Source: a virus
Taxonomy: Duplodnaviria > Caudoviricetes
Strand: one strand, 5' to 3'
DNA length: 64,000 nt
Virus record (IMG/VR): IMGVR_UViG_3300028591_000012
Location: 1-64,000 of that record
Every line of letters starts with the position of its first letter. Position 1 is the stretch's first letter. Below, one piece after another: positions 48,953 to 57,550 of this stretch. The notes below the pieces were generated by a model, which worked only from the letters and a program-made list of their open reading frames with translations, was not told the origin of the DNA and ran no database searches. A program made the position numbers and the translations under genes.

Positions 48953-49254
48953 AATTTGGTCACACGCTACTTTTACCAGTTCGTTCCGATACTTTTATAA
49001 AACACATAACCCTATGTATTTTATAGATTTAGCGGCAGAAGGGAGTCGAACCCTCGTCATCAGCTTGGAAGGCTGAGATAATGAGCCGTTAGGTGGCGAT
49101 AAAATACGTGTAACTCTATATATTTTCTATATTTGCAACTCTATAAACTGTATATATTTGCAAACCCGATATATATTTATTATACATCATAGTAAACTTA
49201 AAGTACACTTTAATTAACTTGAATAAACTTATTTTGGTCACAAATCTGGTCACA
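48946..49254. repeat. Integrase arm-type sites TGGTCACA x4
   Basis: Pairs at 48946/48957 and 49235/49247 flanking the att core. Confidence 0.7.
49031..49091 (-). mobile_element. attP core: 3' portion of tRNA-Gly(TCC)
   Basis: Anticodon arm TCAGC-CTTCCAA-GCTGA, T-arm GAGGG-TTCGACT-CCCTT and 3' acceptor strand present; 5' acceptor strand missing; adjacent to int. Confidence 0.8.
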
Positions 49255-49585
49255 CGTTTGACTGCTGGTAGTAAAGCTGAATAATATCGTGCAGCATTTT
49301 CCTGTCTTTCTCAGGAATCTTGAGAAGCATAGTAACCATTGTCTTAATGTCATCTGGAATGTAATCAGGAGCATTTTTGTCAGTTCCTAATAAAGTTCCA
49401 ACAGATAATCCTATATAGTTTGCAATATCTACAATATTGACTACATTGGGAAAGGTATCTCTCAGTTCGGTGGCCCTTAAAAGTGCCCTTGCAAGACCGA
49501 GTTTCGTAAGCATATTATTTCTGTTATCACCCATTTCTTCCAGCTTTTTGTCAATAACGTCCACAAACTCTTTTACAGTATTCAT
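49250..49585 (-). CDS. CI-like repressor (XRE HTH)
   Basis: P....IVDIANYIGLSVGTLLG; divergent from cro-like gene. Confidence 0.7.
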   Translation of the reverse strand: MNTVKEFVDVIDKKLEEMGDNRNNMLTKLGLARALLRATELRDTFPNVVNIVDIANYIGLSVGTLLGTDKNAPDYIPDDIKTMVTMLLKIPEKDRKMLHDIIQLYYQQSNV

Positions 49586-49641
49586 ATTCCTATCCTCTAA
49601 TATTTTATCGGCAGCTTTTTATAAATAGTTTACAAAAATTG

Positions 49642-49670
49642 TTGACAAGTTTATATTAGTAAACTATATT
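49642..49670 (+). promoter_or_regulatory. Rightward promoter TTGACA-N17-TATATT with operator GTTTATATTAGTAAAC
   Basis: Near-identical to the promoter at 47783-47811. Confidence 0.75.
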
Positions 49671-49699
49671 TTATCTAACGGTAATCTTATAAACAATCA

Positions 49700-49924
49700 A
49701 TGAACAAAGACACTCTCATCTTAAACGGAGAAACCCTTCTTTCAAGGGAGTACGTTATGCAGAAGTTTGACATAAGTTCTGTCACTCTCTGCAAGTGGGT
49801 TAAGAAAGGAATTGTAAGACAGCACAATCTTGGTAAACAGGTTTACTTTATTGAAAGGGAGCTTCTTGAAGACATTAAGAACAGCGGTCCTTCAATCAGA
49901 AAATCTCACAAGGAGAGAGCTTAA
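49700..49924 (+). CDS. Excisionase / Cro-like HTH protein
   Basis: LLS...V...F.IS..TL.KW...G......G..V.F. Confidence 0.7.
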   Translation: MNKDTLILNGETLLSREYVMQKFDISSVTLCKWVKKGIVRQHNLGKQVYFIERELLEDIKNSGPSIRKSHKERA

Positions 49925-50292
49925 TGACCCCTAACGAATATCAGAAAAAAGCTCACACATTTTCTTGTTACGAAAAACCAATCAGTTATGAAAACGTAGG
50001 AACTCAAACTGTTACACACGAACTTGACTGGGTTTACCCTGCTCTTGGACTTGCAGAAGAAGCCGGAGAAGTAGCAGGAAAGTTTGCAAAGTCAGTCAGA
50101 GATGACTGTGGAAAAATCTCAGAAGAAAAAAGACTCGCAATTAAGAAGGAACTCGGAGATGTATGCTGGTTTATAGCAGAGCTTTCTACCCTTCTTGGTT
50201 TGGACTTGGAAGACGTAATGCAGTCAAATATTGACAAGCTTACGGACCGTAAGCAAAGGAATGTTATCCGCGGAAGCGGTGATGACAGATAG
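49924..50292 (+). CDS. MazG-like NTP pyrophosphohydrolase
   Basis: LGLAEEAGEV..K..KELGDV.W..N.DKL..R. Confidence 0.85.
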   Translation: MTPNEYQKKAHTFSCYEKPISYENVGTQTVTHELDWVYPALGLAEEAGEVAGKFAKSVRDDCGKISEEKRLAIKKELGDVCWFIAELSTLLGLDLEDVMQSNIDKLTDRKQRNVIRGSGDDR

Positions 50293-50428
50293 GAGGATTT
50301 ATGCCACACATTACATTTCTGAACACAGAAGATTCAGAAGAAGTCAGAAAGAAGTTGAATCCAGACGCAGCTAAGCGCGATAAGGACAACGGTATTAAGA
50401 AACCAAAGAATAAGAAGGAGAAAACAAA

Positions 50429-50788
50429 GTGAAAAGACTGATAGTTTTATCTTTACTTGTTTCTATTCTTTTTATCAGTTGTACAAAAAGTCAGGCTCGC
50501 GCAATAGCTACGTGGAGCAATGATTTGAAACAGGAGTACAAGGTGCAGGATGTAGACAACCGTCTGTATAATTATCAGTGGTTCTATGACCAGTACAATG
50601 CCTGTGTCGCAACTGCAAATAACGTAAAGATTCTTGAAGGTGAAGAACGAAAGGGAACTCTTATGGTTTTGAATTCTATGATTTCTGAGTATAACTCAAA
50701 ATCAAGTCAGACCATAAACGCTGCACTGTGGAAAGCAGACAACCTTCCGTATCAGCTCAGTCTTCAGGATTTTGGAATAACTAATTAG
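50429..50788 (+). CDS. Lipoprotein
   Basis: Signal peptide ending FISC; YNYQWF..Y. Confidence 0.6.
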   Translation: MKRLIVLSLLVSILFISCTKSQARAIATWSNDLKQEYKVQDVDNRLYNYQWFYDQYNACVATANNVKILEGEERKGTLMVLNSMISEYNSKSSQTINAALWKADNLPYQLSLQDFGITN

Positions 50789-50798
50789 GAGAATATGA

Positions 50799-51344
50799 AT
50801 GAAAAACTTTAAGAAAATCCTTACAGCCTTATTATTCGGAGTTTTTGTTTCATCAGTCTGTAGCTGTTGGCTATTTGAACCTTCAGAGCCTACTGCGCAG
50901 CAAAAACAAACACAGGCACAGAAACAGAATCTTAATTCTGCCGTAACTGCTTATCCGACACCACAGGTAAATAATTTCGTTGAACGAAAGACAATTTCTG
51001 AGTGGGTAAAACGCTGGGATAAATCAAGCGTAGTAACATACTGTTATGTATTTATCGGCTCTGCACCTATCGGATATTTCGTAACCAATGGTAAACCGGC
51101 TTCTACACAGTCTTATTTAATTCCTGAGACTAGAGTTGAAGGTGGACACGATTTGGGTGAAGGTTTTGGCGATATGATTATTGAATCACCTGACCTTGAC
51201 GGCTGTTATGGTGCCAATAATCCTGGCTATCGTTTCTTTCTTGCAAATGGAACTGCTGTAGAGTGTTCAGGCGCAATGGTAAGTATGATATATTCGGATG
51301 CTCCATTAAGCTTGAAATGTCCTCTAATTGAGTCAATAAAATAG
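50799..51344 (+). CDS. Lipoprotein
   Basis: Signal peptide with Cys; ER..I..W..GK..S..SYL.P..PDLDG.YG. Confidence 0.6.
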   Translation: MKNFKKILTALLFGVFVSSVCSCWLFEPSEPTAQQKQTQAQKQNLNSAVTAYPTPQVNNFVERKTISEWVKRWDKSSVVTYCYVFIGSAPIGYFVTNGKPASTQSYLIPETRVEGGHDLGEGFGDMIIESPDLDGCYGANNPGYRFFLANGTAVECSGAMVSMIYSDAPLSLKCPLIESIK

Positions 51345-51355
51345 GAGAAAAACAG

Positions 51356-51781
51356 ATGCAGGATTTAAATCGTTGGATTGGAATTGGTCGTCTAACAAAA
51401 GACTTGGGAACAGATGAAAGAAGCTTTGGATATGTTGCTAATGGACAGGCTCGCGCAAATGTAAGTATTGCTGTAAATCACAGCAAAAAGCAGGGAGACG
51501 AATGGATTACCGAAGCTGATTTTTTTGATGTTACTATCTGGGGAAAAACTGCAGAAAACCTCAAACCGTATCTTACAAAGGGTACGCAGATTTGTGTTGA
51601 TGGACACTTAAAACAGGACCACTGGGAGAAAGACGGTCAGAAGTTCAGTAAGATTTCCATTGTCGCAGATAACGTACAGTTGCTTGGTGGTAAAAAAGAA
51701 GGTTCGTCTTCTCACCCCTCTGCTCCACAGTCAGCCTCGTTTGATGCAGCTGAAGGATTCCCGGAGTCAATACCTTTTTAA
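51356..51781 (+). CDS. ssb: Single-stranded DNA-binding protein
   Basis: N...IGRLTKD..W..FFDV..WGK.AE...YL.KG..V.G.L..W; C-terminal IPF. Confidence 0.95.
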   Translation: MQDLNRWIGIGRLTKDLGTDERSFGYVANGQARANVSIAVNHSKKQGDEWITEADFFDVTIWGKTAENLKPYLTKGTQICVDGHLKQDHWEKDGQKFSKISIVADNVQLLGGKKEGSSSHPSAPQSASFDAAEGFPESIPF

Positions 51782-51859
51782 TCTTCCAAAACAAGTCAAA
51801 ATTTTATTGAAAATTTTTGATGGAGTTTTGTGTTGAAATATACATAAAACTCCAAGGAG

Positions 51860-52360
51860 GTGTTTATGTTATGTAAAATTTGTGGAAAAGAAAAATCAGA
51901 AGATGAGTTTTATAAAACTGATAAACATCATTGCAAGGAATGTATCAAGAAACGCACTCGTGAAAACAGATTTAAAAATCTTGAATATTATCGGGAATAT
52001 GATAGAAAACGTGGTGAGTCAAAAGAAAGAATAGAACGTAATAAAAAATACAAAGAACGTTTAAGATTAGAAGACCCAGAAAAGTATGACAGAATTTTTC
52101 ACGGTATAAGAAAAAGGTTTAGAGAGAAAAACTCTGAAAAAATAAAAGCGAATGGTATTATAGATGATATGATTCGTTATGGCAAACTTGAACGTCCTGA
52201 AGTATGCAGTATTTGCGGTGTTACTTGTACTCCACAAGCACATCATCCAGATTATTCAAAACCGAAAGAAGTAATATGGGTGTGTGTAAGATGTCACGCA
52301 AACATTCATAAGCAAATAAGAGCAGAATTGCGCAAAGCAGAATCTGTAAAAGAGGCTTAG
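51860..52360 (+). CDS. HNH endonuclease
   Basis: CKICG..CKEC..CSICG..AHHPDYSKP..V.WVC..CH. Confidence 0.85.
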   Translation: MFMLCKICGKEKSEDEFYKTDKHHCKECIKKRTRENRFKNLEYYREYDRKRGESKERIERNKKYKERLRLEDPEKYDRIFHGIRKRFREKNSEKIKANGIIDDMIRYGKLERPEVCSICGVTCTPQAHHPDYSKPKEVIWVCVRCHANIHKQIRAELRKAESVKEA

Positions 52361-52600
52361 ATGTATTCAAAGGTACAGTCATTAGGCAGTAACAGAATCG
52401 GCGTATTTGCTGATTCATACATTGAAAACTCATTTGTAGTCCGTAATGCAGATATGGTATATGCGAGGATAAACAAAATTGGTGCAAAGTGGGTTGTATG
52501 GTTTTACAAGAAACACTTGCAGAAAAGTTTTGAAAAATTACGCGATGCCATATCCTGCATAAATGATGACTTCATCGAATATTACAGGAGCAAGAATTGA
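52361..52600 (+). CDS. Hypothetical protein
   Basis: ORF. Confidence 0.5.
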   Translation: MYSKVQSLGSNRIGVFADSYIENSFVVRNADMVYARINKIGAKWVVWFYKKHLQKSFEKLRDAISCINDDFIEYYRSKN

Positions 52601-53019
52601 GATATACGAAAGAGTTACAGAAGAACGTATGCAATGACATTCAATTCGGGCTTACTCCTGTTCAGTGTGCTGAAAAGTACGGAGTTCCTGTTTCAGTAGT
52701 CATTAAATGGAATGGTCTTGAAATGACCGAACAGAGGGCTGCTGAAATAGCAATAAGGAAATATCAGGTTGAAGTATCGAATACCGAAGCTGACATTTCT
52801 TCAAGGCTGGACGAGTATCTTGATCCTGACATAAGTGATGAAGAACTGTTCAAGATTGATAATATGATTTCAAAAAAGCTTTTCAAGCTTGTAGCTGACG
52901 TCGTAAAGAAGGAACGTGAATTAAGGCCGCAGGAAGAAAAGAAGTCTGACGCTCAGATTATCATAGAGATAACAAACAAATGGAGAGATAATAAGTTCAT
53001 AAAAATGTACAGTCTTTAA
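52597..53019 (+). CDS. HTH-containing hypothetical protein
   Basis: YT.E....V....G.T....A.KYGVP..V..KW. Confidence 0.55.
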   Translation: MRYTKELQKNVCNDIQFGLTPVQCAEKYGVPVSVVIKWNGLEMTEQRAAEIAIRKYQVEVSNTEADISSRLDEYLDPDISDEELFKIDNMISKKLFKLVADVVKKERELRPQEEKKSDAQIIIEITNKWRDNKFIKMYSL

Positions 53020-53073
53020 GTTTGTTATTTTTTGGACTTACCATAAAATAAATCATTTTTCGGAGGTATAAAA

Positions 53074-53424
53074 ATGAAGAATATTTTAATTTGGCTTGGT
53101 GTTGCTTTTGTTGTTGCCGGAACTGCAATCGGACAGTTCACTGGTATTGAAGCAGCAGCTTGGATTGAGCTTGTAGGCTGGGCTGTAGGTCTTGCCTGTT
53201 GTATCATTGGTATCGTTTCAAAGGCAGAAAAGAAAGACTGGAAGCTTTATGCTTCAATTGCAGGTATTGTTGTCGGTGTTTCTCTGCTTGCCTTTGCTGG
53301 TGTTACTGAAGATAAGATTAAGACTCTTGTTACGGCAATTATTGGTCTTGTAGCTCTTATTGCCAGTGTTATCCCTGCTTTTGTTATAAAGAAAGATACT
53401 AAGAAAGTAGAAAAGAAATTGTAA
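53074..53424 (+). CDS. 4-TM membrane protein (promoter copy 53016-53044)
   Basis: Four hydrophobic helices and basic tail; GGAGG RBS. Confidence 0.65.
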   Translation: MKNILIWLGVAFVVAGTAIGQFTGIEAAAWIELVGWAVGLACCIIGIVSKAEKKDWKLYASIAGIVVGVSLLAFAGVTEDKIKTLVTAIIGLVALIASVIPAFVIKKDTKKVEKKL

Positions 53425-53496
53425 ATTTCAGCTCTGCTCTAAAACATATATGAATCCATATATGTCCTCCTGATTTTTTTTAGAGCAGGGCTTTAC

Positions 53497-53571
53497 GGCT
53501 GCATCGTCTATTATCGGTTAGGACATTACCCTTTCAAGGTAAGAAACCAGGTTCAATTCCTGGTGCGGCTA
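53497..53571 (+). tRNA. tRNA-Glu(TTC)
   Basis: Acceptor GGCTGCA/TGCGGCT; anticodon arm TTACC-CTTTCAA-GGTAA; T-arm CCAGG-TTCAATT-CCTGG; no encoded CCA. Confidence 0.85.
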
Positions 53572-53672
53572 TAACAAAGGGAAGGTTTATTTAAAAAAGT
53601 TTACTACCTTTTCGTAATTTAGTTTTTTTGCATACCTTGCATACCTTCCTTTTGTTTGTTTAGGAGTTTATA

Positions 53673-54002
53673 ATGGCTGAGACAAAAGAACCTTTTGAAG
53701 TAGCAAAAGATTATACTAATGGCTTTCATCTTACAAAGGAAGACTTGAAAGAAAAACGTGCTGAGATTTATGCACAGATTGAATACCTTCTTAATATGCT
53801 TAAGCAGATTGATGAAGTTGAAGATGCCGGTGCAGATGTAATGTCAGTTCAGGAAGTAAAGGAATACCTTAAGCTTGATTCAATTGACCCAAGAATGGAT
53901 GTACCTAAAGACATTCCAAGAATAAGAATGGGTGTAGGATATGTCTATTACAGAAAAGATGTAAAGCATTTCCTTGATTCACGAAGGAGAGGCGGAAAAT
54001 GA
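53673..54002 (+). CDS. HTH-type protein
   Basis: MSVQEVKEYL..IP.I.MG..Y.Y.R.DV..FL. Confidence 0.55.
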   Translation: MAETKEPFEVAKDYTNGFHLTKEDLKEKRAEIYAQIEYLLNMLKQIDEVEDAGADVMSVQEVKEYLKLDSIDPRMDVPKDIPRIRMGVGYVYYRKDVKHFLDSRRRGGK

Positions 54003-54182
54003 AAAAGAAGGAATTTATTGTTGTAGTAGAAATGCCTGACGGTACACAACAGGAGTTTATTACTTTTGAAGAAGTAGAGATTGGAGCTTTTTTCAAAGGT
54101 GGAAAGGTCTTAGATTGTAGAAATCTTAAGAAAAAGTTTGTATAATATAATTATCTCGTCTGCAAGTGTAGACGGAGTTTCT

Positions 54183-54220
54183 AAGGGCGGTGACTAACGA
54201 CTTCACCGCCCTTTGTATTT
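54183..54220. terminator. Terminator between convergent operons
   Basis: AAGGGCGGTGA / TCACCGCCCTT stem. Confidence 0.7.
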
Positions 54221-54634
54221 TTAATAATAATAAATGTAATATTCCTGCAAAGTACCAGTCTTTACGGTTTGAGAAGAAGTAAGAGTATCTACAAAACGTC
54301 TCTTAAAATGATTACCGCCTGTTTTTGGGTTGAGCCATTTCTCAACAGTAAACTCATTGTTTTTTATCACAGAAGGAAGTTCTTTTACAATTTTTCTTTT
54401 GAAATTCTTTCCTGTAAACTTATTCAAAATCATTAAAGAATCATTTACAGTATAATCTTCTGCAAGCCATTTATTTGCCTTTGATTTTTGTATTACATCA
54501 ATTAAATCGACAGGCTTTCCATTAACTTCTTCTATGATTGTACAGATACAAAGAAAAAGGCAGCCGCAATCATTGATAAACTTTAATTTAGACTGTATTC
54601 CTTTATATCTGGTTTTAATCTCATTAAGTGTCAT
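54221..54634 (-). CDS. DUF261-like putative Cys peptidase, candidate endolysin
   Basis: Q..INDCGCLFLCI...HF....DTL; lies directly after the spanins. Confidence 0.5.
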   Translation of the reverse strand: MTLNEIKTRYKGIQSKLKFINDCGCLFLCICTIIEEVNGKPVDLIDVIQKSKANKWLAEDYTVNDSLMILNKFTGKNFKRKIVKELPSVIKNNEFTVEKWLNPKTGGNHFKRRFVDTLTSSQTVKTGTLQEYYIYYY

Positions 54635-54861
54635 TTACACTCTCCTACAATGCGTGTTACATCATCACCCCACTTTTCCCACTCCTGGACTAAATGCTCG
54701 TAATAGTTTACGAGTTCAGCTACGTCCTTTACTGAGGTTACATCGGGCATTGTTTCACGCTGAGGCTTTGGAGGAAGTACTACGTCTTTACTCGGAAGGG
54801 ACCGGCACCCTAGTGTTGTTAATGGCAACAATAGTATTGATAATATCAAGAACTTCTTCAT
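54631..54861 (-). CDS. o-spanin (Rz1-like lipoprotein)
   Basis: Lipobox TLGC, Pro-rich, overlaps the 3' end of the i-spanin in another frame. Confidence 0.7.
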   Translation of the reverse strand: MKKFLILSILLLPLTTLGCRSLPSKDVVLPPKPQRETMPDVTSVKDVAELVNYYEHLVQEWEKWGDDVTRIVGECK

Positions 54862-55087
54862 CTGTTTTAGCCTCCTGTATGTCACGGTCAGTTTCCTTTC
54901 TGTCTTTTTCAATGGCAGCTATTTCCTGAGCGTGCTGATAAAGGTAAATGATGTTTTTCTGCTGATTTTCATTTTCTTCTTTAAGTTTCTTGTTTTCGTC
55001 TGACTGTTTCTTAAGTACATTGATTGTAAGAAACAGAGCAAGTACTAAACAAAGAATTATAAGTGAAAGGATAATTGTTATGCTCAT
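54788..55087 (-). CDS. i-spanin (Rz-like)
   Basis: N-terminal TM plus coiled coil. Confidence 0.7.
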   Translation of the reverse strand: MSITIILSLIILCLVLALFLTINVLKKQSDENKKLKEENENQQKNIIYLYQHAQEIAAIEKDRKETDRDIQEAKTDEEVLDIINTIVAINNTRVPVPSE

Positions 55088-55692
55088 TGTTCGCCTCCTA
55101 CTCCTGCAATCTTGCGAGCATTGAAATAAAGCTCACTGAAAATGCGTTTGTATTCATCTATTGAAATTGAATCAAGAATGTGTGGCAGGTCATACTGTGG
55201 AAGCTGTACATTGTATGTATAAAGATTGGCCTTTACGCTTCTATAATATCCTGTAGCCTTAGCATCCGAATATTTAGTAAGCTCCAAATCACCTTTCTCT
55301 GTAATGTGGTTTCTTGTAAGGTCATTCTTTACTTCGTAATTAAGCTTTCCCTCTATTAAATGAGCTATATCTTCAAGAATGAAAAGCTCAGTCTGGTCAG
55401 TAATTTTGAATAACTGTCTGCCCTGCTCGTATATATCAATCCATATCTTTTTAAGCAGATTATGAGCATTGCTTGTCTGATTATCGAGAGTGTTTTTACC
55501 TTCAGTTCTGTAGAGTTCTCTCTGCGAGCTGGTTACAATCTCAATATCTTTCAGTTTTACATCGCGGTTCTTGAGAATCCAGAACACGATTATTACAACA
55601 GAGGCTGCAAGAAAAGCAATAATTAAAAGCAGCCCGAAAAGGAATATCGGTGGAAGCCTACCGATAGCATCAATGCTCTTCTCCACTTCCAT
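55084..55692 (-). CDS. Single-TM protein in lysis cassette (holin/antiholin-like)
   Basis: One TM plus soluble domain; GGAGG RBS. Confidence 0.5.
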   Translation of the reverse strand: MEVEKSIDAIGRLPPIFLFGLLLIIAFLAASVVIIVFWILKNRDVKLKDIEIVTSSQRELYRTEGKNTLDNQTSNAHNLLKKIWIDIYEQGRQLFKITDQTELFILEDIAHLIEGKLNYEVKNDLTRNHITEKGDLELTKYSDAKATGYYRSVKANLYTYNVQLPQYDLPHILDSISIDEYKRIFSELYFNARKIAGVGGEQ

Positions 55693-55975
55693 CTTGTACC
55701 TCCTCTTTATTCTTGCCAATCTTTTCTACGAGAAACTGTATAAGTTTTTGAAAAGCCTTGAAGATTGTGTCATAGAAAAGAGTAGCACCTGTTACGGCTA
55801 CCCAAACCTGCATTGCTTTCAAAGGAAGATATAATGCCGCAATTGCAACTCCGGCTCCCACAACAAGTGTTACCAAAGTCCATACACGTTTACCGCCCTT
55901 GTCCACAAGATTCTTGATTACACCTACGGTTCCAACGATTGCTACCATAGTCCAGATTAAAAGCTCACTCTGCAT
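55670..55975 (-). CDS. Putative holin
   Basis: Three TM segments and charged C-terminus, in lysis operon. Confidence 0.6.
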   Translation of the reverse strand: MQSELLIWTMVAIVGTVGVIKNLVDKGGKRVWTLVTLVVGAGVAIAALYLPLKAMQVWVAVTGATLFYDTIFKAFQKLIQFLVEKIGKNKEEVQDGSGEEH

Positions 55976-56172
55976 TATCGACCTCCTGCTTTTGTGATTC
56001 TTCGGTTCAGTACATCAAGGTACTGTTCCATATATCCTACCTGTGCTTCCAACAGGTTCATATCTTCCTGATCCGTGCCAAAAGGTTGATTTTCAACAGC
56101 TTTTTTAGCTCTTTTAATCTTACCTTCCAAGTCTTCCCTTTCCTGCAACATTCTTTTTAGATATTCAGGCAT
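55975..56172 (-). CDS. crAss001_48-like small helical protein
   Basis: Y..RM..E..DL..KI......LL..Q...M..Y..VL..RI. Confidence 0.55.
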   Translation of the reverse strand: MPEYLKRMLQEREDLEGKIKRAKKAVENQPFGTDQEDMNLLEAQVGYMEQYLDVLNRRITKAGGR

Positions 56173-56181
56173 AAAGTCTCC

Positions 56182-56373
56182 TTATTCTATTTCTGTGTAA
56201 TTAAACTCATCATACTCTTTTTCTGTAAGTGGTTTTCCTTCTGTGAAGTCTACGCAATCGGTTCGTGCGGTGTAAGTAAACAAATCCTGCTGCAAACAGA
56301 AACCGTAACGTTCACCGTACTTGATTCCACAGTCAACCCAGGATGTACATTTACTGCAAATTATTTCCTGCAT
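56182..56373 (-). CDS. Small Cys-rich protein, apparently leaderless
   Basis: CSKC..GFC..C; promoter 56380-56408 ends 6 nt before ATG. Confidence 0.55.
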   Translation of the reverse strand: MQEIICSKCTSWVDCGIKYGERYGFCLQQDLFTYTARTDCVDFTEGKPLTEKEYDEFNYTEIE

Positions 56374-56379
56374 AGTTTT

Positions 56380-56440
56380 ATATTAGAGTGAATAAATAGT
56401 GAGCTTAATTTTTAAGCGTGTTTTTTTTCCGTGTTACGCT
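56380..56440. promoter_or_regulatory. Back-to-back promoters TTAAGC-N17-TAATAT (-) and TTAAGC-N17-TACGCT (+)
   Basis: 56380-56408 and 56412-56440. Confidence 0.65.
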
Positions 56441-56458
56441 TTGAGCGAGGTACGAAAT

Positions 56459-57550
56459 ATGACACCTGTATGTTCAAAGTGTAAATATCTGACAGACAAG
56501 AGCGTAAGATTCAGAAAGTGTGCGCGTATTCCTATTTTTTATCCTGATATGCTCTGCTGTAATGAAAAGAATATGGTTAAGGATAATGTAACCGGCGAAA
56601 GCTACACTCCTTACTGTGAAGAAGTAAACCGTCACGCAGAATGTCTTGAATACTATCCTTCAGGTCTTGAGAAACCAGCCATTACTTTCTTTGATGTTGA
56701 TAACACTCTTGCCGTTTATGGAGATTCTCAGTTTGTCATTACTTACGATGGAACTGAGCCGAACTCAAAAATGGAAGCCGTAGGTGAATACGATGATGAA
56801 CAGAAAGTTTATGTTTATGAGACAGTTCTTGAACATTCCTGTATCGTAAAGGCCGCCTGTGTACTTGATGATGTCATTTCTGAAGTTGTTGAATATAAGG
56901 TTGAAATTGCTGACGTACCTGTAATCACTTTTGATAAGGCAACAAATACCGTAACGATAGATTCATATAACGAAGTTCACTACACAACAGACGGAACAAC
57001 CGTTACCGATGAATCTCCTTTATACGAAGGACCGTTTGTAATCGACCATAACCTTACAGTAAAATGCCGTTCTTACTATAAAGATGAATACTCTGAAGAA
57101 GTTTCTCTTGAATGTATTTCAGTTGAGCCGCCAGTAATTACCTTTGACGCTGATACAAATACAGTAACGATTACCGCAGATGATACAATCCTCTACTCTA
57201 CTGACGGAAGCGATATTTATGATGATTCTGACCAGTATGTTGCTCCGTTTGTAATCGACAGAAATACAGTTGTAAAGGCAGCCTGTATTGTTGACGGTGA
57301 ACTTTCAGAGCAGGCAGAAAAAGAATGTAAGGTTCCTACTACGCCTGTAATCTCTTTTGATACACGAACAGCTACGGTTACGATTACTTCCGAAAATCCT
57401 GTCTTGTATACAACAGACGGAAGCGACGTAAAGAAGAAAGACGAAGAATACAAAGGTCCGTTCAAGATTACACAGACTACAACTATTAAAGCCAAGTCTA
57501 TTGTAGATGACAGATTATCTGCTCAGGCAGAAAGAGAGTGCGTAATTTAA
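56459..57550 (+). CDS. Protein with Cys-rich N-terminus and four FN3-like (chitobiase C-terminal) repeats
   Basis: P.I.FD.....V.I.....YTTDG.......Y.GPF.I.....VKA repeats. Confidence 0.75.
   Translation: MTPVCSKCKYLTDKSVRFRKCARIPIFYPDMLCCNEKNMVKDNVTGESYTPYCEEVNRHAECLEYYPSGLEKPAITFFDVDNTLAVYGDSQFVITYDGTEPNSKMEAVGEYDDEQKVYVYETVLEHSCIVKAACVLDDVISEVVEYKVEIADVPVITFDKATNTVTIDSYNEVHYTTDGTTVTDESPLYEGPFVIDHNLTVKCRSYYKDEYSEEVSLECISVEPPVITFDADTNTVTITADDTILYSTDGSDIYDDSDQYVAPFVIDRNTVVKAACIVDGELSEQAEKECKVPTTPVISFDTRTATVTITSENPVLYTTDGSDVKKKDEEYKGPFKITQTTTIKAKSIVDDRLSAQAERECVI

Noticed and set aside
49031-49105. Complete tRNA-Gly gene
   Set aside because: The 5' acceptor strand (GCGGCAG) is absent; better explained as the attP core
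54141-54180. Separate small RNA (TATAAT plus hairpin before the terminator)
   Set aside because: No convincing -35 spacing; can be explained as the 3' UTR of a short upstream ORF
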